A stretch of DNA of 64,000 bases from Bythopirellula sp. (GCA_965216565.1 OZ244170.1:3584001-3648000), one strand, 5' to 3'; shown: positions 48,535 to 59,129, numbered from the stretch's first letter. Made by a program: numbers and translations. The notes: generated by a model from the sequence alone, not told the origin.

Positions 48535-49713
48535 CTACGCCGCGCGATGCTCTGCTTTGTTCGCGGCTAGCTGTCCGACGAACTCTGCGATGGCAGCGAC
48601 CGTGTGGTCGAATTCCTCACAAGTTAGCTCGGCAAAGATGGGCAGGCTCAGCACTTCTCTTGCCGCTTGCTCAGTGACGGGCAAGCTACCCGCCTCATAG
48701 CCCAACTCTTGGTAGCAAGCCTGCAGGTGCAACGGCACAGGATAGTAGATGGCCGAGCCGATTTTGCGTTCCGCCAAGAATTGCTGCAATTGGTCGCGCT
48801 GACCATGTGGCACGCGGACGGTGTACTGATTCCACACGGACTCGTGGACCGAGTCAACCTGAGGTACACCCAGATGTCCGTCGACGCCCAGTCGTTTGAA
48901 TTCTTCCGCATAGCGATCTGCATTTTGCCGTCGTCCCTCGGCCCAGGCATCGAGATGTTGCAACTTGACGCCCAGCACAGCCGCTTGCAAAGAATCGAGC
49001 CGACTGTTGACGCCAACCATGTGATGATAGTAACGGGGGCTCTGTCCGTGATCGCGAAGTACCCGCAGCTTATCCGCCAGTTGCTCGTCGCTGGTGGTAA
49101 TGATTCCACCGTCGCCAAATGCCCCAAGATTCTTTGTCGGATAAAAGGAAAAGCAACCCAACTGGCCTAAGGAACCGGCAGGCCGTCCTTGGTACTTGGC
49201 ACCGATGGCTTGGGCGGCGTCTTCGATAATTGGTAAGTCGCCTGTTACCGCGGAGAGGCCCTCCATGTCGACCGTTTGACCGAACAAGTGCACCGGCATG
49301 ATGGCCTTGGTCGCGAGCGTGATTTTCCGTTCGACATCTGCCGGATCGATGTTGAAACTGTCTGGCAAGATATCGGCAAACACCGGCTTCGCGCCGAGTC
49401 GCCAGACCGCACCAGCTGTTGCAAAAAACGTGAAGCTAGGAATGATCACCTCGTCGCCGGGGCCAATTTCCAACGCCATCAACGCAAGTAGCAACGCGTC
49501 GCTCCCCGATGCACATCCAATTGCAAACTTGGTGTCGCAGTAGTCAGCCATAGCGGCTTCGAAATCGCGACAAGCAGGCCCATGCACGAATGCACCCGAC
49601 TCAATCACTTCGCCAATAGCCGCTTCAATCTCAGTACGCAGTGGAGCGTTCTGACGCTTGACATCTAACATCGGGACAGGTGAACTAGTGGGGCGATCAG
49701 TTCCGGCAGTCAT
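48535..49713 (-). CDS. DegT/DnrJ/EryC1/StrS aminotransferase
   Basis: SGSDAL, PVHLFGQ, EDAAQA, SFYPTKNLG.FGDGG and NSRLD motifs. Confidence 0.92.
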   Translation of the reverse strand: MTAGTDRPTSSPVPMLDVKRQNAPLRTEIEAAIGEVIESGAFVHGPACRDFEAAMADYCDTKFAIGCASGSDALLLALMALEIGPGDEVIIPSFTFFATAGAVWRLGAKPVFADILPDSFNIDPADVERKITLATKAIMPVHLFGQTVDMEGLSAVTGDLPIIEDAAQAIGAKYQGRPAGSLGQLGCFSFYPTKNLGAFGDGGIITTSDEQLADKLRVLRDHGQSPRYYHHMVGVNSRLDSLQAAVLGVKLQHLDAWAEGRRQNADRYAEEFKRLGVDGHLGVPQVDSVHESVWNQYTVRVPHGQRDQLQQFLAERKIGSAIYYPVPLHLQACYQELGYEAGSLPVTEQAAREVLSLPIFAELTCEEFDHTVAAIAEFVGQLAANKAEHRAA

Positions 49714-49848
49714 AGATTCTCTCGGCTCAATTGCTTGGCAAAAGGGACTCGGGGCACAGGGTGCATGGAAGTCGGGAGAGAATAGCAATTTCGCCTATTC
49801 AGGCAAGCTCAGTCAGCCGCCAACCGCCGCCGCACAACAATAAGTCCG

Positions 49849-50520
49849 TTGCAGAGAGTGCTAGCAGTGGCCATAATCTTGGCGAAACGTTCACGTACCT
49901 ACCAAATTCTCCCACGCCCCGGAGTTAGCGCGATGTATATTCGCCCCGTAAGTCATAGTTTTCTCTCTGCAATGGTTGCGCTTTACATAGCTGTTGCCGC
50001 CTCGCACTCAACAGCTCACGAGCATGAAGAGGCACACACGGATGCCTATGAAGTGCTCAAGCAGGATGTTGGCACATGGGAGACCGAAACCTCCATCTGG
50101 ACCGCACCCGGGGCCGAGCCCTTGGTTAGCCGAGGCAAAGAGAAAAGCTATATGCTGGGGAAATTTTGGTTAGTCTACGAATTCGAGGGTTCTATGGCTG
50201 GCCAATCCTTTTCCGGGTCTGGAAATCTTGGCTATGACGCGAAGAGAAAAAAGTACATCGGCACTTGGGTAGAGAGCACTAGCCCCAACTTGGGACTGCA
50301 CGAAGGCACCTGGGACGAAGCGACAAATTCGTTCACTATGTACTCCGTCGCTCGCGACCCATCAGCCCAGCCCGAAAAGGCCCATAAGATGGTTAGCACC
50401 TACCAAGACAAGGACCACCGCAAATTTGTGATGTACGAACAGATGCCGGGCGAAACCGACGAGTGGCGTAAGATGATGGAAATCAAATACACACGTCGTC
50501 AGCAAGACAAAGACGAATAA
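49849..50520 (+). CDS. DUF1579 family protein (start probably at 49933 or later)
   Basis: VGTW, GYD..RKKYIGTWVES and MEIKYTR motifs. Confidence 0.75.
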   Translation: MQRVLAVAIILAKRSRTYQILPRPGVSAMYIRPVSHSFLSAMVALYIAVAASHSTAHEHEEAHTDAYEVLKQDVGTWETETSIWTAPGAEPLVSRGKEKSYMLGKFWLVYEFEGSMAGQSFSGSGNLGYDAKRKKYIGTWVESTSPNLGLHEGTWDEATNSFTMYSVARDPSAQPEKAHKMVSTYQDKDHRKFVMYEQMPGETDEWRKMMEIKYTRRQQDKDE

Positions 50521-50575
50521 TCGTTGCACCGCCAGGCCACGGCACATAGGCTCGACGGGAAGTAACAGAGTGGAG

Positions 50576-51517
50576 TTACTGCCGGAATTTCTCGAGCTGA
50601 GCGACTGCCAGTTCAGCAAGCTGCGGCGTATCTTGATATCGATCCGCCATCCGCTTAAGCAACGCTGTGGCTTTCGCTTGCTCTTTGGGTTCGCCCGAGT
50701 TTAACAGGTTTGTTGCCCGATCGAGCTCGCGTGCCCGTTGATAGAGTGTGCGTGTTTCTTTCGAGCGAGTGAATTTCCTCTCGGCAATTTTTAAGTCCTT
50801 CTCCACGGTCGGCCACCGGGAGAGAACTCGTTTGGCCCGAGCCAGGTTAAGTGCCTGCTCCGTGGGGCTGGCGGAGGAAGAGTCGCTTCCCAAATCCTCT
50901 GCAAACTTCTCGGCATGTCGGCCGATCTGCCCTAGCAACGAATCTAGCTCCTTGCCTTCCTGGGTCAGTTGCAGGACGTGGCCCCGATTCTCCACCGAGA
51001 CTAGCACCGATTCTAAGCGTTCGATCGCCTCCAAAAGCTGCTCGTCTTCGAGCAACTGCTTTGCCTGGGTGGTGAGTTCTTCAATCTTCTCCCACTGTTG
51101 CTCGGTGGGCAATCTTCCTGCCTTGACCAGCGAAGCGATCATCAATTCCTCCAACCGTTTTGTGGGCAGCGAGCCCGTCTTGGCATACAAGGCCTCGCCG
51201 GCGGGCGTCACGATGTAGAGCGCCGGGATTGCGGATCGTTTACGCGGGAAAAACTTTTTCCACATTTGAAAATCGCGACTAGAAACATCCATCTTGAGAG
51301 GGACGAACTCTGCGATCAGCGGTTGCAGCTTCTCTTCCCCTTGCAACCGTTTCATCAAAGTCACGCAATGCGGGCAACTGGTCGCTCCGGCCACTGCAAA
51401 GATGGGTCGTCCCGTACTCTGTGCTTCTTGAACAGCACGCGCTACGGACTGCGCTAATCCATAGTTAGCCGAGAACACAACTGCCAATAGAACGACCGCT
51501 GATAAGAGTGGCTTCAT
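50576..51517 (-). CDS. Secreted thioredoxin-fold protein
   Basis: Signal peptide, CPHC, FVPLKMD and IPALY motifs. Confidence 0.75.
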   Translation of the reverse strand: MKPLLSAVVLLAVVFSANYGLAQSVARAVQEAQSTGRPIFAVAGATSCPHCVTLMKRLQGEEKLQPLIAEFVPLKMDVSSRDFQMWKKFFPRKRSAIPALYIVTPAGEALYAKTGSLPTKRLEELMIASLVKAGRLPTEQQWEKIEELTTQAKQLLEDEQLLEAIERLESVLVSVENRGHVLQLTQEGKELDSLLGQIGRHAEKFAEDLGSDSSSASPTEQALNLARAKRVLSRWPTVEKDLKIAERKFTRSKETRTLYQRARELDRATNLLNSGEPKEQAKATALLKRMADRYQDTPQLAELAVAQLEKFRQ

Positions 51518-51656
51518 CGCTAGGACTCCCCAGGAGCCAACTTAGAAAGTAAACCAATAAGAAGAGCACCTCTATTGGCCGCCCCAACCTGCTCAGGCTC
51601 CAGAGCGTAATTGTCCTCCAGATCGAGGGCATATGCAACTGGCCGGTTTACCCCAT

Positions 51657-52367
51657 TCAACGCAGCGGAAACACACCGGCTTTATCGGCGTTTTCCTCAA
51701 TCAGCTGACGCGTGGCACGTTCTTGATTTTCCAAGGCACGGGCAGCCGAGCGGCGAACGCGACGGTCTGCAATGCTATGCGCAAACCAAGGGGCATCGGT
51801 TTTGATAGCCTGCGTCAGTTCCAGTTCCACTTTGGACTGTTCTCCATTGGTTTCAGATTCATCGCGTGAGAATCGAGTCAGCAGTTCGTAGCCAACCAGT
51901 TTTTCGGATCCCTTCTCAAGCGTGGCGTGCGACTCAATCATATCGGGGCGAATCTGTACTTCTTGAGCCAAGTCGATCACGTTCTTGCCGATGTATTCGT
52001 CCAAAGTGCGAACCTGCAGGGTCCCTTTGAGATCGATTCCCCAGTCGGGACTGCCCGAAAGCACCGTATTGAGCAGGACCTGACCAAAGTTCTCACCGGA
52101 AGTGTCGATCTCGGCCTCGGTCCACTTTTGGCTAACAAACTCACTGTCGCCGCCCATAGTGACGATTTCTTTCGAAGCATTGGTGCGGACCATGATCTTC
52201 CGTAGCTTGGTGAATTCCATATCGATCGTAAACTCGCGTCGCACCGTTTGCTCGGTGGTGTATTCGCCACGAAAGATTAACCCACTAACGATGACCGCCA
52301 GCACGATCAACAGAGGGATGCCGATGAACCAGGCGTAACGACGTTTCGATGCTACGTTTTCAGACAT
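51657..52367 (-). CDS. Hypothetical membrane-anchored protein
   Basis: ATG 52367 followed by a TM segment; the longer ORF-track start overlaps the divergent gene. Confidence 0.6.
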   Translation of the reverse strand: MSENVASKRRYAWFIGIPLLIVLAVIVSGLIFRGEYTTEQTVRREFTIDMEFTKLRKIMVRTNASKEIVTMGGDSEFVSQKWTEAEIDTSGENFGQVLLNTVLSGSPDWGIDLKGTLQVRTLDEYIGKNVIDLAQEVQIRPDMIESHATLEKGSEKLVGYELLTRFSRDESETNGEQSKVELELTQAIKTDAPWFAHSIADRRVRRSAARALENQERATRQLIEENADKAGVFPLR

Positions 52368-52614
52368 AAAAATAAGTGCCGGAAATGGGTTGAAAATGAG
52401 TTCCTTCACTGTAAACACCGAACAGGCTTGCTGCCACTGCCAAAAAGTCCGGCTTTTGCGATTTGCTTCTCGCCAGGCCAACTGCTGTAGAGCTTGCTCC
52501 AGTAGGTCGTCCGCCACACGATCTTGGTTGGTCGTCATTTGATGCCCCATCGGCCGTATTATTCGTGTAGATTGGTGTGGATTCGCGGTCAACTTCTTTC
52601 GACAACATCCCTCC

Positions 52615-53517
52615 ATGAAACTCACCCCCGCCCAGGCCCTGCTCCGCGCGCTGGTTGCCACGCTGTTCTTCTGCAGTGCGCCTGCCTGTGTGCGTGCTGT
52701 GGAAATGAACGCCTACACGCTAGGTGTGGCCCGTTTGGGGATGGCAAGCTTGGGCGTATTTGCCGTGCTCCTCTGGCAAAGGAAACTCTCTGTCAGTCAG
52801 ATTGCGCAATGGCCCGCCCGCACTTGGCAGGCGATGCTCTCAGTCGGCCTGATGTTCGGCCTGCACTGGCTGTTATTCTTCGTCAGCATCAAATGGGCGA
52901 GCGCCTCGATCGGCGCGATCGGCATGTCTACCTACGGTATCCAACTCTTAGTTCTGGGATGGGTGCTGGGCTTCGGTCGAGTCACGCCTATCGACGTGGT
53001 AGGCTTTTTCTTTGCTGTCACGGGCACCATCCTGCTGGTGCCAAAATTCGACCTGGCCAACCAACAAACGTTAGGTCTAGTGATGGCGATAGCCAGCGGA
53101 ACGGCCGCCGCCACACTTCCGCTGTTGCATCAAAAATTCTCCGACGTCGACAATAACCTCCGCACCTGGGGACAATTCACTTTTGGCATTCCCGTCTTCT
53201 GCCTCTTTTTTCCCGAACTGAATTGGGACGTTCCCTCTAGCGATTGGTTGCCGGTCCTGTATCTAGGCTTCGGTATTGCGCTGGTGGGTCACGCTCTTTG
53301 GATCCAGGCCACCACCGCTCTATCGACCACCGTCACTGGTATCCTGGCTTATGTCTATTTGCCTGGATCGCTGTTGTTCAGTTATCTGACCATCGGCGAA
53401 CGCCTGACGGGAATCATGCTACTGGGCACCGCCTGCGTCCTGGTGGCCAACGCCCTAGTGCTCTGGAATCAGTCGAAGCTCCGCGCGCTTGAAGCGAATG
53501 TGCCAGAAACTATGTAG
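52615..53517 (+). CDS. DMT/EamA family transporter
   Basis: About 10 TM segments in two repeats; HWLLFF.SIK and IGERLT motifs. Confidence 0.85.
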   Translation: MKLTPAQALLRALVATLFFCSAPACVRAVEMNAYTLGVARLGMASLGVFAVLLWQRKLSVSQIAQWPARTWQAMLSVGLMFGLHWLLFFVSIKWASASIGAIGMSTYGIQLLVLGWVLGFGRVTPIDVVGFFFAVTGTILLVPKFDLANQQTLGLVMAIASGTAAATLPLLHQKFSDVDNNLRTWGQFTFGIPVFCLFFPELNWDVPSSDWLPVLYLGFGIALVGHALWIQATTALSTTVTGILAYVYLPGSLLFSYLTIGERLTGIMLLGTACVLVANALVLWNQSKLRALEANVPETM

Positions 53518-53611
53518 GGGCACGGGCAATGCTGCTGTTCGCAAATGGCCTGCAGAGGATTGCTACTTGTACTTTGCGCAAAGCACCTAGTGGGTCGCTG
53601 CATGAATGCTG

Positions 53612-53803
53612 CTACAGCGAATCGTCTCCCGTGCGTGTGAGGGCGAAGTAGATCACGTAGAACCACGACAGGAACCCGGCCACAATGGCCCAGAAGATCG
53701 ATTTATTTCGTTCCCAGCTGCACACCACGGCAACGGCTGCACCTAGTGTAATGCCGGAGTGCGTGACGTTTTGGACAACGGTTTCGGCGAGAAGCATCGG
53801 CAA
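53612..53803 (-). CDS. Small membrane protein
   Basis: GITLG...AVVCSW.RNKSIFWAI..GFLSWFYVIYF. Confidence 0.65.
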   Translation of the reverse strand: MPMLLAETVVQNVTHSGITLGAAVAVVCSWERNKSIFWAIVAGFLSWFYVIYFALTRTGDDSL

Positions 53804-53987
53804 TTTCCCTTTGGCTTTGGTTTTCTAGACGGAGTGTTATTTTGCCACAGAGGGCACAGGGAACATAGAGAAACAACTATGTGGACAAGACTTCCACGTA
53901 ATCCATCCTTGAAAGTTCTATCCGGGTATTCGCTCCGAACTGCCGGATATTGGCTTTTTTGAAGAGCCTTTTCCGTGAGTGCAAGAA

Positions 53988-54335
53988 TTACGAGTCTGAG
54001 TTTTGCCTGGCAAGCAGCAGGGGATCGACGCTCGCCTCGATCTCCGCAATGAGGTCTGGATCCATGTATTTATACTCGTCGGGAATATCCAGGACGTGAA
54101 ATTCCTGGTGCCGCATCTCCCCGGGAAATTTGCTCGCCACCCGTTGGTGATGTTTCCGCTCCATGAAGAATACGACGTCGGCCCACTTCAAATCCGCCGA
54201 CGCCACGGTTCGCCGCGCGGTGGGACTCGTCCCCGCCGACCGCACCTGCGCCCGCGGATGCCTGGCATACACCTTCTCCGCAGTCGGACTCCGCCACTGA
54301 TTCATCGTGCAGATGAAAAGAAGATTAAGCGACAT
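53988..54335 (-). CDS. Low-molecular-weight phosphotyrosine phosphatase-like protein
   Basis: LFICTMNQWRSPTAE (CX5R), SAGT and LDIPDEY motifs. Confidence 0.85.
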   Translation of the reverse strand: MSLNLLFICTMNQWRSPTAEKVYARHPRAQVRSAGTSPTARRTVASADLKWADVVFFMERKHHQRVASKFPGEMRHQEFHVLDIPDEYKYMDPDLIAEIEASVDPLLLARQNSDS

Positions 54336-54557
54336 CGGCTCGCTCTGTTTGGTTTCGTGGTGTGGTAATTCGCTGCCCGATAGGTGGGGCCTTTTTAATT
54401 TACCACAGAGGACGCGGAGGTCGCAGAGGTGAAAAGTCCTTAGTGCCACTGGTTTTGTAACTAGAGTAAAGATGGTGAATACATAGCTAGCGATATCTAG
54501 GCTATGGTCATATCAATGGGCGGGTGGTGTTGAAGTGGTTTTATCCCACTGTTTTCC

Positions 54558-55247
54558 TCACTCGATATTGTCTCGCTTCTCAAGGTTATGTCGAACGCAT
54601 AGTAGCTGAACATTCTCTGCTGCCAATGATGTTCCACCGCGGGAATAAGGCAGAATGTGGTCGAAGTGTAGTTCATCGTTGGCACCACACATTACACACT
54701 TTCCTCTGTCTCGCTTCCATACCTCGAGCTTGATTCTAGTTGGTATTAACCTGCCATGAGATAGCTCTGCGGTCATCTCGGACTTTTTGCCAGCTTCAAC
54801 ATTCTTTATGCGAAGCGTGAACTTGAAGACTTTCCTAACGCCATTCCCTTCCAAGCAAGAATCAATGAGCTGAAACACCCCATTAAAGGACCAAATTCCG
54901 GGACGCAGCTTCTCGTAAACGCGTACCATTTCTGGAGAGCGAAGTTTCGATTTGTATTCGTTCGCGGCATTATGAAACTTACCGTTCTCGGTGAGTTTTC
55001 CACTTGGCAATCGCTCTGGTTGATCGACTAGTTTTGGATTTGGGCATGTTGAAGTTTTCGGTTCATCGTGGCCCTCATAGATTAGTGTTAGACCATCCTT
55101 AGTAATTGTATCTGTATAAGGTGCATTGCTACGCTGCGACATTAGCAAGATCGAGGGCCGACCAGAGGACGAGAAGTTCATCCCTCTCTGTAAATTGAGA
55201 CCTTCTCGTTGGCACATCTCGGCATAAGAAACAATTTCGTTCGACAT
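54558..55247 (-). CDS. HNH endonuclease with an SRA-like N-terminal domain
   Basis: VWKRD.GKCVMCG...HFDHILPYSRGG...ENVQLLC..HN; N-terminal PY.D...LIYEG. Confidence 0.85.
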   Translation of the reverse strand: MSNEIVSYAEMCQREGLNLQRGMNFSSSGRPSILLMSQRSNAPYTDTITKDGLTLIYEGHDEPKTSTCPNPKLVDQPERLPSGKLTENGKFHNAANEYKSKLRSPEMVRVYEKLRPGIWSFNGVFQLIDSCLEGNGVRKVFKFTLRIKNVEAGKKSEMTAELSHGRLIPTRIKLEVWKRDRGKCVMCGANDELHFDHILPYSRGGTSLAAENVQLLCVRHNLEKRDNIE

Positions 55248-55358
55248 AGTATCTCTTCATCTGTGAGTCATCATTCTGTACATTCCCATAATATAAATAG
55301 CGACCACATTCCCTTCCACTAGACTCCGCACCCTCCGTGGCTTTCTCCCTCTCCAATG

Positions 55359-55394
55359 AAAAACGGGCCCCGGTGCAATACACCGAAGCCCGTT
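55359..55394 (-). terminator. Intrinsic terminator downstream of nrdJ
   Basis: AACGGGCTTCGGTG-TATTG-CACCGGGGCCCGTTTT. Confidence 0.7.
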
Positions 55395-55589
55395 GGGAAA
55401 ACCATTCATTGCGAGGCACTAGCCCCTAGCCCCCAGCTCCTACCCACTAGCCCCTACCCAAAAAATATCGCTGCTCGCGGGCGTCGGTGCCCCGAGCGTC
55501 CTGCTACGAGCAGCGGTTGGAAGTGGTTAGCTGTCAGCTCTCAGCTTGTCGAAACAAGGCTGAAAGCTGACCGCTGAATGCTGATGGCT

Positions 55590-58500
55590 TTAACTACATC
55601 CCATCGAATTGCCACAATTGTGGCACAGGTAGCAGTTGCCGTTGCGGACCGTGATGGAGCCGCAGCCGTCGCAGCTGGGGGCGTCGGTTTGGAAGCCGGC
55701 AAACTGCTCGTTGCGGTCGCCACCGGCTTCGTCGTCGGTCCCCATCATCACCCCAGCACGCGCCAGTCGGTTGGTGTAGCCTTTGGAGTGACCGTTGGCG
55801 TGGCCATTGGTAGTTGCACCGTTTTGGCCTACCTCTGCCTCCTTGGCAACTGCCTGCCCGTCGGACTTCTTGTCGACGGGCTTGGTCTCGGTGAGATCGT
55901 CGCCCAGATCTGCGTTCGGGGACGAAGCGGCTCCCCCACCCCCTGCTCCCTCGCCGAGCGTCGCCTCCTTGTAGCCGGGCAAAAACTCGTTGCCCAACCA
56001 GCGGAAGATGTAGTCGATCAGACTCTTGGCGATGCGGATGTCCGGGTTCTTGGTGTAACCCTGCGGCTCGAACCGCATGTGCGAGAACTTGCGGACGTAG
56101 TCTTCCAACGGCACGCCGTATTGCAGGCTCATCGACACGCTGGTCCCGAAGGCGTCCATCAAACCGCCGATGGTGCTGCCTTCCTTAGCCATGGTGATGA
56201 ACAGCTCGCCGGGGCGACCGTCCTCGTAGAGGCCCACCGTGATGTAGCCCTCGTGGCCGCTGACGCTGAACTTGTGCGTGAGCGAATGCCGCGTTTCGGT
56301 CAGCCGTTCGCGACGCGGTCGTCCCACCGTGGCGGCCAGCTTGTCTTTGGCCTTGTCGCCCTCGGTCGACGTGCTCAACGGTTGGCTTTCCTTCGAGCCG
56401 TCGCGGTAGATCGCCAAGGCTTTGAGACCCAGCTTCCAGCCGTCGACGTACGCCTGACCGATTTCCTCCGGCGTGGTTTCCCGTGGCATGTTGACCGTCT
56501 TGGAAATCGCCCCGGAAAGGAACGGCTGCGCGGCACCCATCATCGTCACGTGCGCTTGCCAGGCAATCGAACGCGTGCCGTTGCGGGGTGAAAATGCACA
56601 ATCGAATACCGGCAGATGCTCGTCGGCTAGTTCCTTGCTGCCTTCGATCGTGTCGTGACTATCGATGTACTCGAGAATCGACTCGATCTGCGGCTGGTCG
56701 TAACCCAACGTCTGCAGTGCCAGTGGTACGGTTTGGTTGACGATCTTCAGCATGCCACCGCCGGCAAGCTGCTTGTACTTCACCAGGGCGATGTCCGGTT
56801 CGATGCCGGTGGTATCGCAATCCATCATGAAGCTGATCGTGCCGGTAGGCGCGAGCACCGTGGCCTGGGCGTTGCGGAAGCCATGCACGCGACCGGCGGC
56901 CAGTACGTTGTCCCAAGACTTGCGAGCGGCAGCGACCAGATAGTCCGGACATTCCGGCTGGATCTGCTCAACCGCGTCGCGATGCTTTTGCATCACTCGC
57001 ATCATCGGTTCGTGGTTGGGCTCGTACTCGTCGAAGGTGCCCACGGCCTCGGCCAGCTCGCTGCTGGTAAGGTTCGCCGCACCGTGCATCAGCGAGGTAA
57101 TCGCTCCACAGATGCCGCGGGCTTTGTCGGAATCGTAAGCCACGCCGCCAGACATTAACAAGCTGCCCAGGTTCGAGTAGCCGAGTCCGAGTGGACGGAA
57201 CAGATGGCTATTGCGGGCGATGTCGGGCGTCGGATAACTGGCGTGATCGACCAAAATCTCCTGCGCGATGAAGAACGTCCGGCAAGCCGTTTGGTAACGC
57301 TCGTGATCGAACGTGCCATCGTCCTGACGGAACTTCATCAAGTTCACGCTGGCCAGGTTGCACGCCGTGTCGTCGAGGAACATGTACTCGCTGCACGGGT
57401 TACTGGCATTGATGCGACCACTGTTGGGGCACGTGTGCCAATCGTTGATGGTCGTGTCGTATTGCACGCCGGGGTCGCCACAGTGCCAGGCACATTCGGC
57501 CATCCGACTCACCACTTCGCGAGCCGGATAGGTTGGGCCAGGAATGTTTTCGTCGGTGACCCAACGCGTGGTCCAATCTTCGTTCTTTTCGACCGCTTGC
57601 ATAAAGTCGTCGGTGACGCGGACGGAGAGATTGGCGTTTTGGAACATGATCGAGCTATAGGCTTCGCCATTAAAGTTGGCCTCGTAGCCGCCCTTCTCGA
57701 TCAGCACGCGAGCCTTTTGCTCTTCTTTCCACTTGCACTCGATGAACTCCATCACGTCTGGGTGCCAGACCTTGATCGATTGCATCTTGGCGGCGCGGCG
57801 CGTTTTGCCGCCACTTTTCACCACGGCTGCAATTTGGTCGTAGACACGCATGAACGAGAGCGGGCCGCTGGGGTTGCCGCCGCCGGAAAGTTTTTCCCGA
57901 TGCGATCGCAGCGTGGAGAGGTCGGTCCCCGTACCGCTACCAAACTTGAAGAGCATCGCCTCGCTGCGGGCCAGCTCCATGATGTCTTCCATGTTGTCAT
58001 CAACATGCTGGATGAAGCACGCGCTGCCCTGCGGATATTCGTACGGATTCTCCGGCTGCGCGACGTTCTGCGTCACCGGATCCCACCGCCAGTTGCAGGG
58101 ATCGCCCGACACGCCGTACTGATGGAACAGACCGACGTTGAACCACACTGGTGAATTGAATGCACCATGCTGATGCAAACAGAGCCAAGCCAAATCGCGG
58201 TAGTAGCGCTCGCCATCTTCGGGGCTGGCAAAGTAGCCATCTTCCAAACCCCAATCGGTAATGGTGCGGGCAACGCGATGCACCAATTGACGCACGCTGT
58301 ACTCGCGCTCTTCGGTGCCGATTTCGCCGTAGAAGTACTTGCTGCAGATAACGTTGGTGGCAAGCTGCGACCAGAAGGAAGGCACTTCGCAGTTGGTTTG
58401 CTCGAACAGCAGTTCGCCGTTCTCGCCTTTAATCTCGGCACTGCGGGTTTCCCATTCGACGGTGTCAAAGGGATCGGCAACGTCCGTGGGGCAGAAGGTG

Positions 58501-58607
58501 GTATCGACCTTTAGCCGACCATGAAAACGCTTGACACGTTCCTGGCTATCGGAAAGACCGGGGTTGGTTCCTTGTGAGCTCTTCATTCCAAAGTCGACAG
58601 TGGCCAC
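55590..58607 (-). CDS. nrdJ: Vitamin B12-dependent class II ribonucleotide reductase
   Basis: FNSP, SACFI, SNPCSEY, ACNLAS, APTGTIS, SGAISKTVN, YRDGSK and C-terminal Zn ribbon; AGGAGG RBS before GTG 58607. Confidence 0.96.
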   Translation of the reverse strand: MATVDFGMKSSQGTNPGLSDSQERVKRFHGRLKVDTTFCPTDVADPFDTVEWETRSAEIKGENGELLFEQTNCEVPSFWSQLATNVICSKYFYGEIGTEEREYSVRQLVHRVARTITDWGLEDGYFASPEDGERYYRDLAWLCLHQHGAFNSPVWFNVGLFHQYGVSGDPCNWRWDPVTQNVAQPENPYEYPQGSACFIQHVDDNMEDIMELARSEAMLFKFGSGTGTDLSTLRSHREKLSGGGNPSGPLSFMRVYDQIAAVVKSGGKTRRAAKMQSIKVWHPDVMEFIECKWKEEQKARVLIEKGGYEANFNGEAYSSIMFQNANLSVRVTDDFMQAVEKNEDWTTRWVTDENIPGPTYPAREVVSRMAECAWHCGDPGVQYDTTINDWHTCPNSGRINASNPCSEYMFLDDTACNLASVNLMKFRQDDGTFDHERYQTACRTFFIAQEILVDHASYPTPDIARNSHLFRPLGLGYSNLGSLLMSGGVAYDSDKARGICGAITSLMHGAANLTSSELAEAVGTFDEYEPNHEPMMRVMQKHRDAVEQIQPECPDYLVAAARKSWDNVLAAGRVHGFRNAQATVLAPTGTISFMMDCDTTGIEPDIALVKYKQLAGGGMLKIVNQTVPLALQTLGYDQPQIESILEYIDSHDTIEGSKELADEHLPVFDCAFSPRNGTRSIAWQAHVTMMGAAQPFLSGAISKTVNMPRETTPEEIGQAYVDGWKLGLKALAIYRDGSKESQPLSTSTEGDKAKDKLAATVGRPRRERLTETRHSLTHKFSVSGHEGYITVGLYEDGRPGELFITMAKEGSTIGGLMDAFGTSVSMSLQYGVPLEDYVRKFSHMRFEPQGYTKNPDIRIAKSLIDYIFRWLGNEFLPGYKEATLGEGAGGGGAASSPNADLGDDLTETKPVDKKSDGQAVAKEAEVGQNGATTNGHANGHSKGYTNRLARAGVMMGTDDEAGGDRNEQFAGFQTDAPSCDGCGSITVRNGNCYLCHNCGNSMGCS

Positions 58608-58835
58608 AGCATAACCTCCTGTTAAATAGATTCCTGGGGCATCCATACCAATGATCGGAAACATGTACTCCTGTACACCAATCCAATCTAAGTGTAACCA
58701 ATATTAGGTCTGTCCGCCAAACATGTTTTCAGCGAGCGATGCTCGGAAGGAAACAAGCTTCTGGGTTGTCGGGTACCAGATTTTGGGGGGTGATAGACCT
58801 TGACTCGTCAAAAACGAGGTAATTTATTCGCCAAA

Positions 58836-58970
58836 AATCTACATGTTGTATGTGATGCCCTAAAATACATACTACATCCAGTTTTGAAGGGCCTGATCTT
58901 ACACTCTTCGGCCCGGCCGTCAACTGGATATTGTATTTTTCTTAACCTGCTAGCACACAACAGGTTGTGG
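58836..58970 (-). promoter_or_regulatory. nrdJ promoter with several NrdR-box-like palindromes
   Basis: AATCTACATGTTGTAT (58836), ATACTACATCCAGTTT (58869), CAACTGGATATTGTAT (58921) and ACACAACAGGTTGTGG (58955); TTGACG-N16-TAAGAT at 58923-58896. Confidence 0.6.
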
Positions 58971-59129
58971 CGAGTGTGCAGTGCTAGCGAAATGTCCAGG
59001 GGAGAGTGGTCGATAAGTTTGAGAGGCTAATCGTTAAACTCTGCCACGACCGGGCTTTAGCCTCGCGATGGCTGTGTAAAGCAGCTACCCTCCCGGCACT
59101 GCGAGTTTCCCCACGGAGGTTTCTGAGCC

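Noticed and set aside
55578..58154. Long plus-strand ORFs of 337 and 316 aa
   Set aside because: Antisense shadows of the codon-biased nrdJ gene; no recognisable motifs
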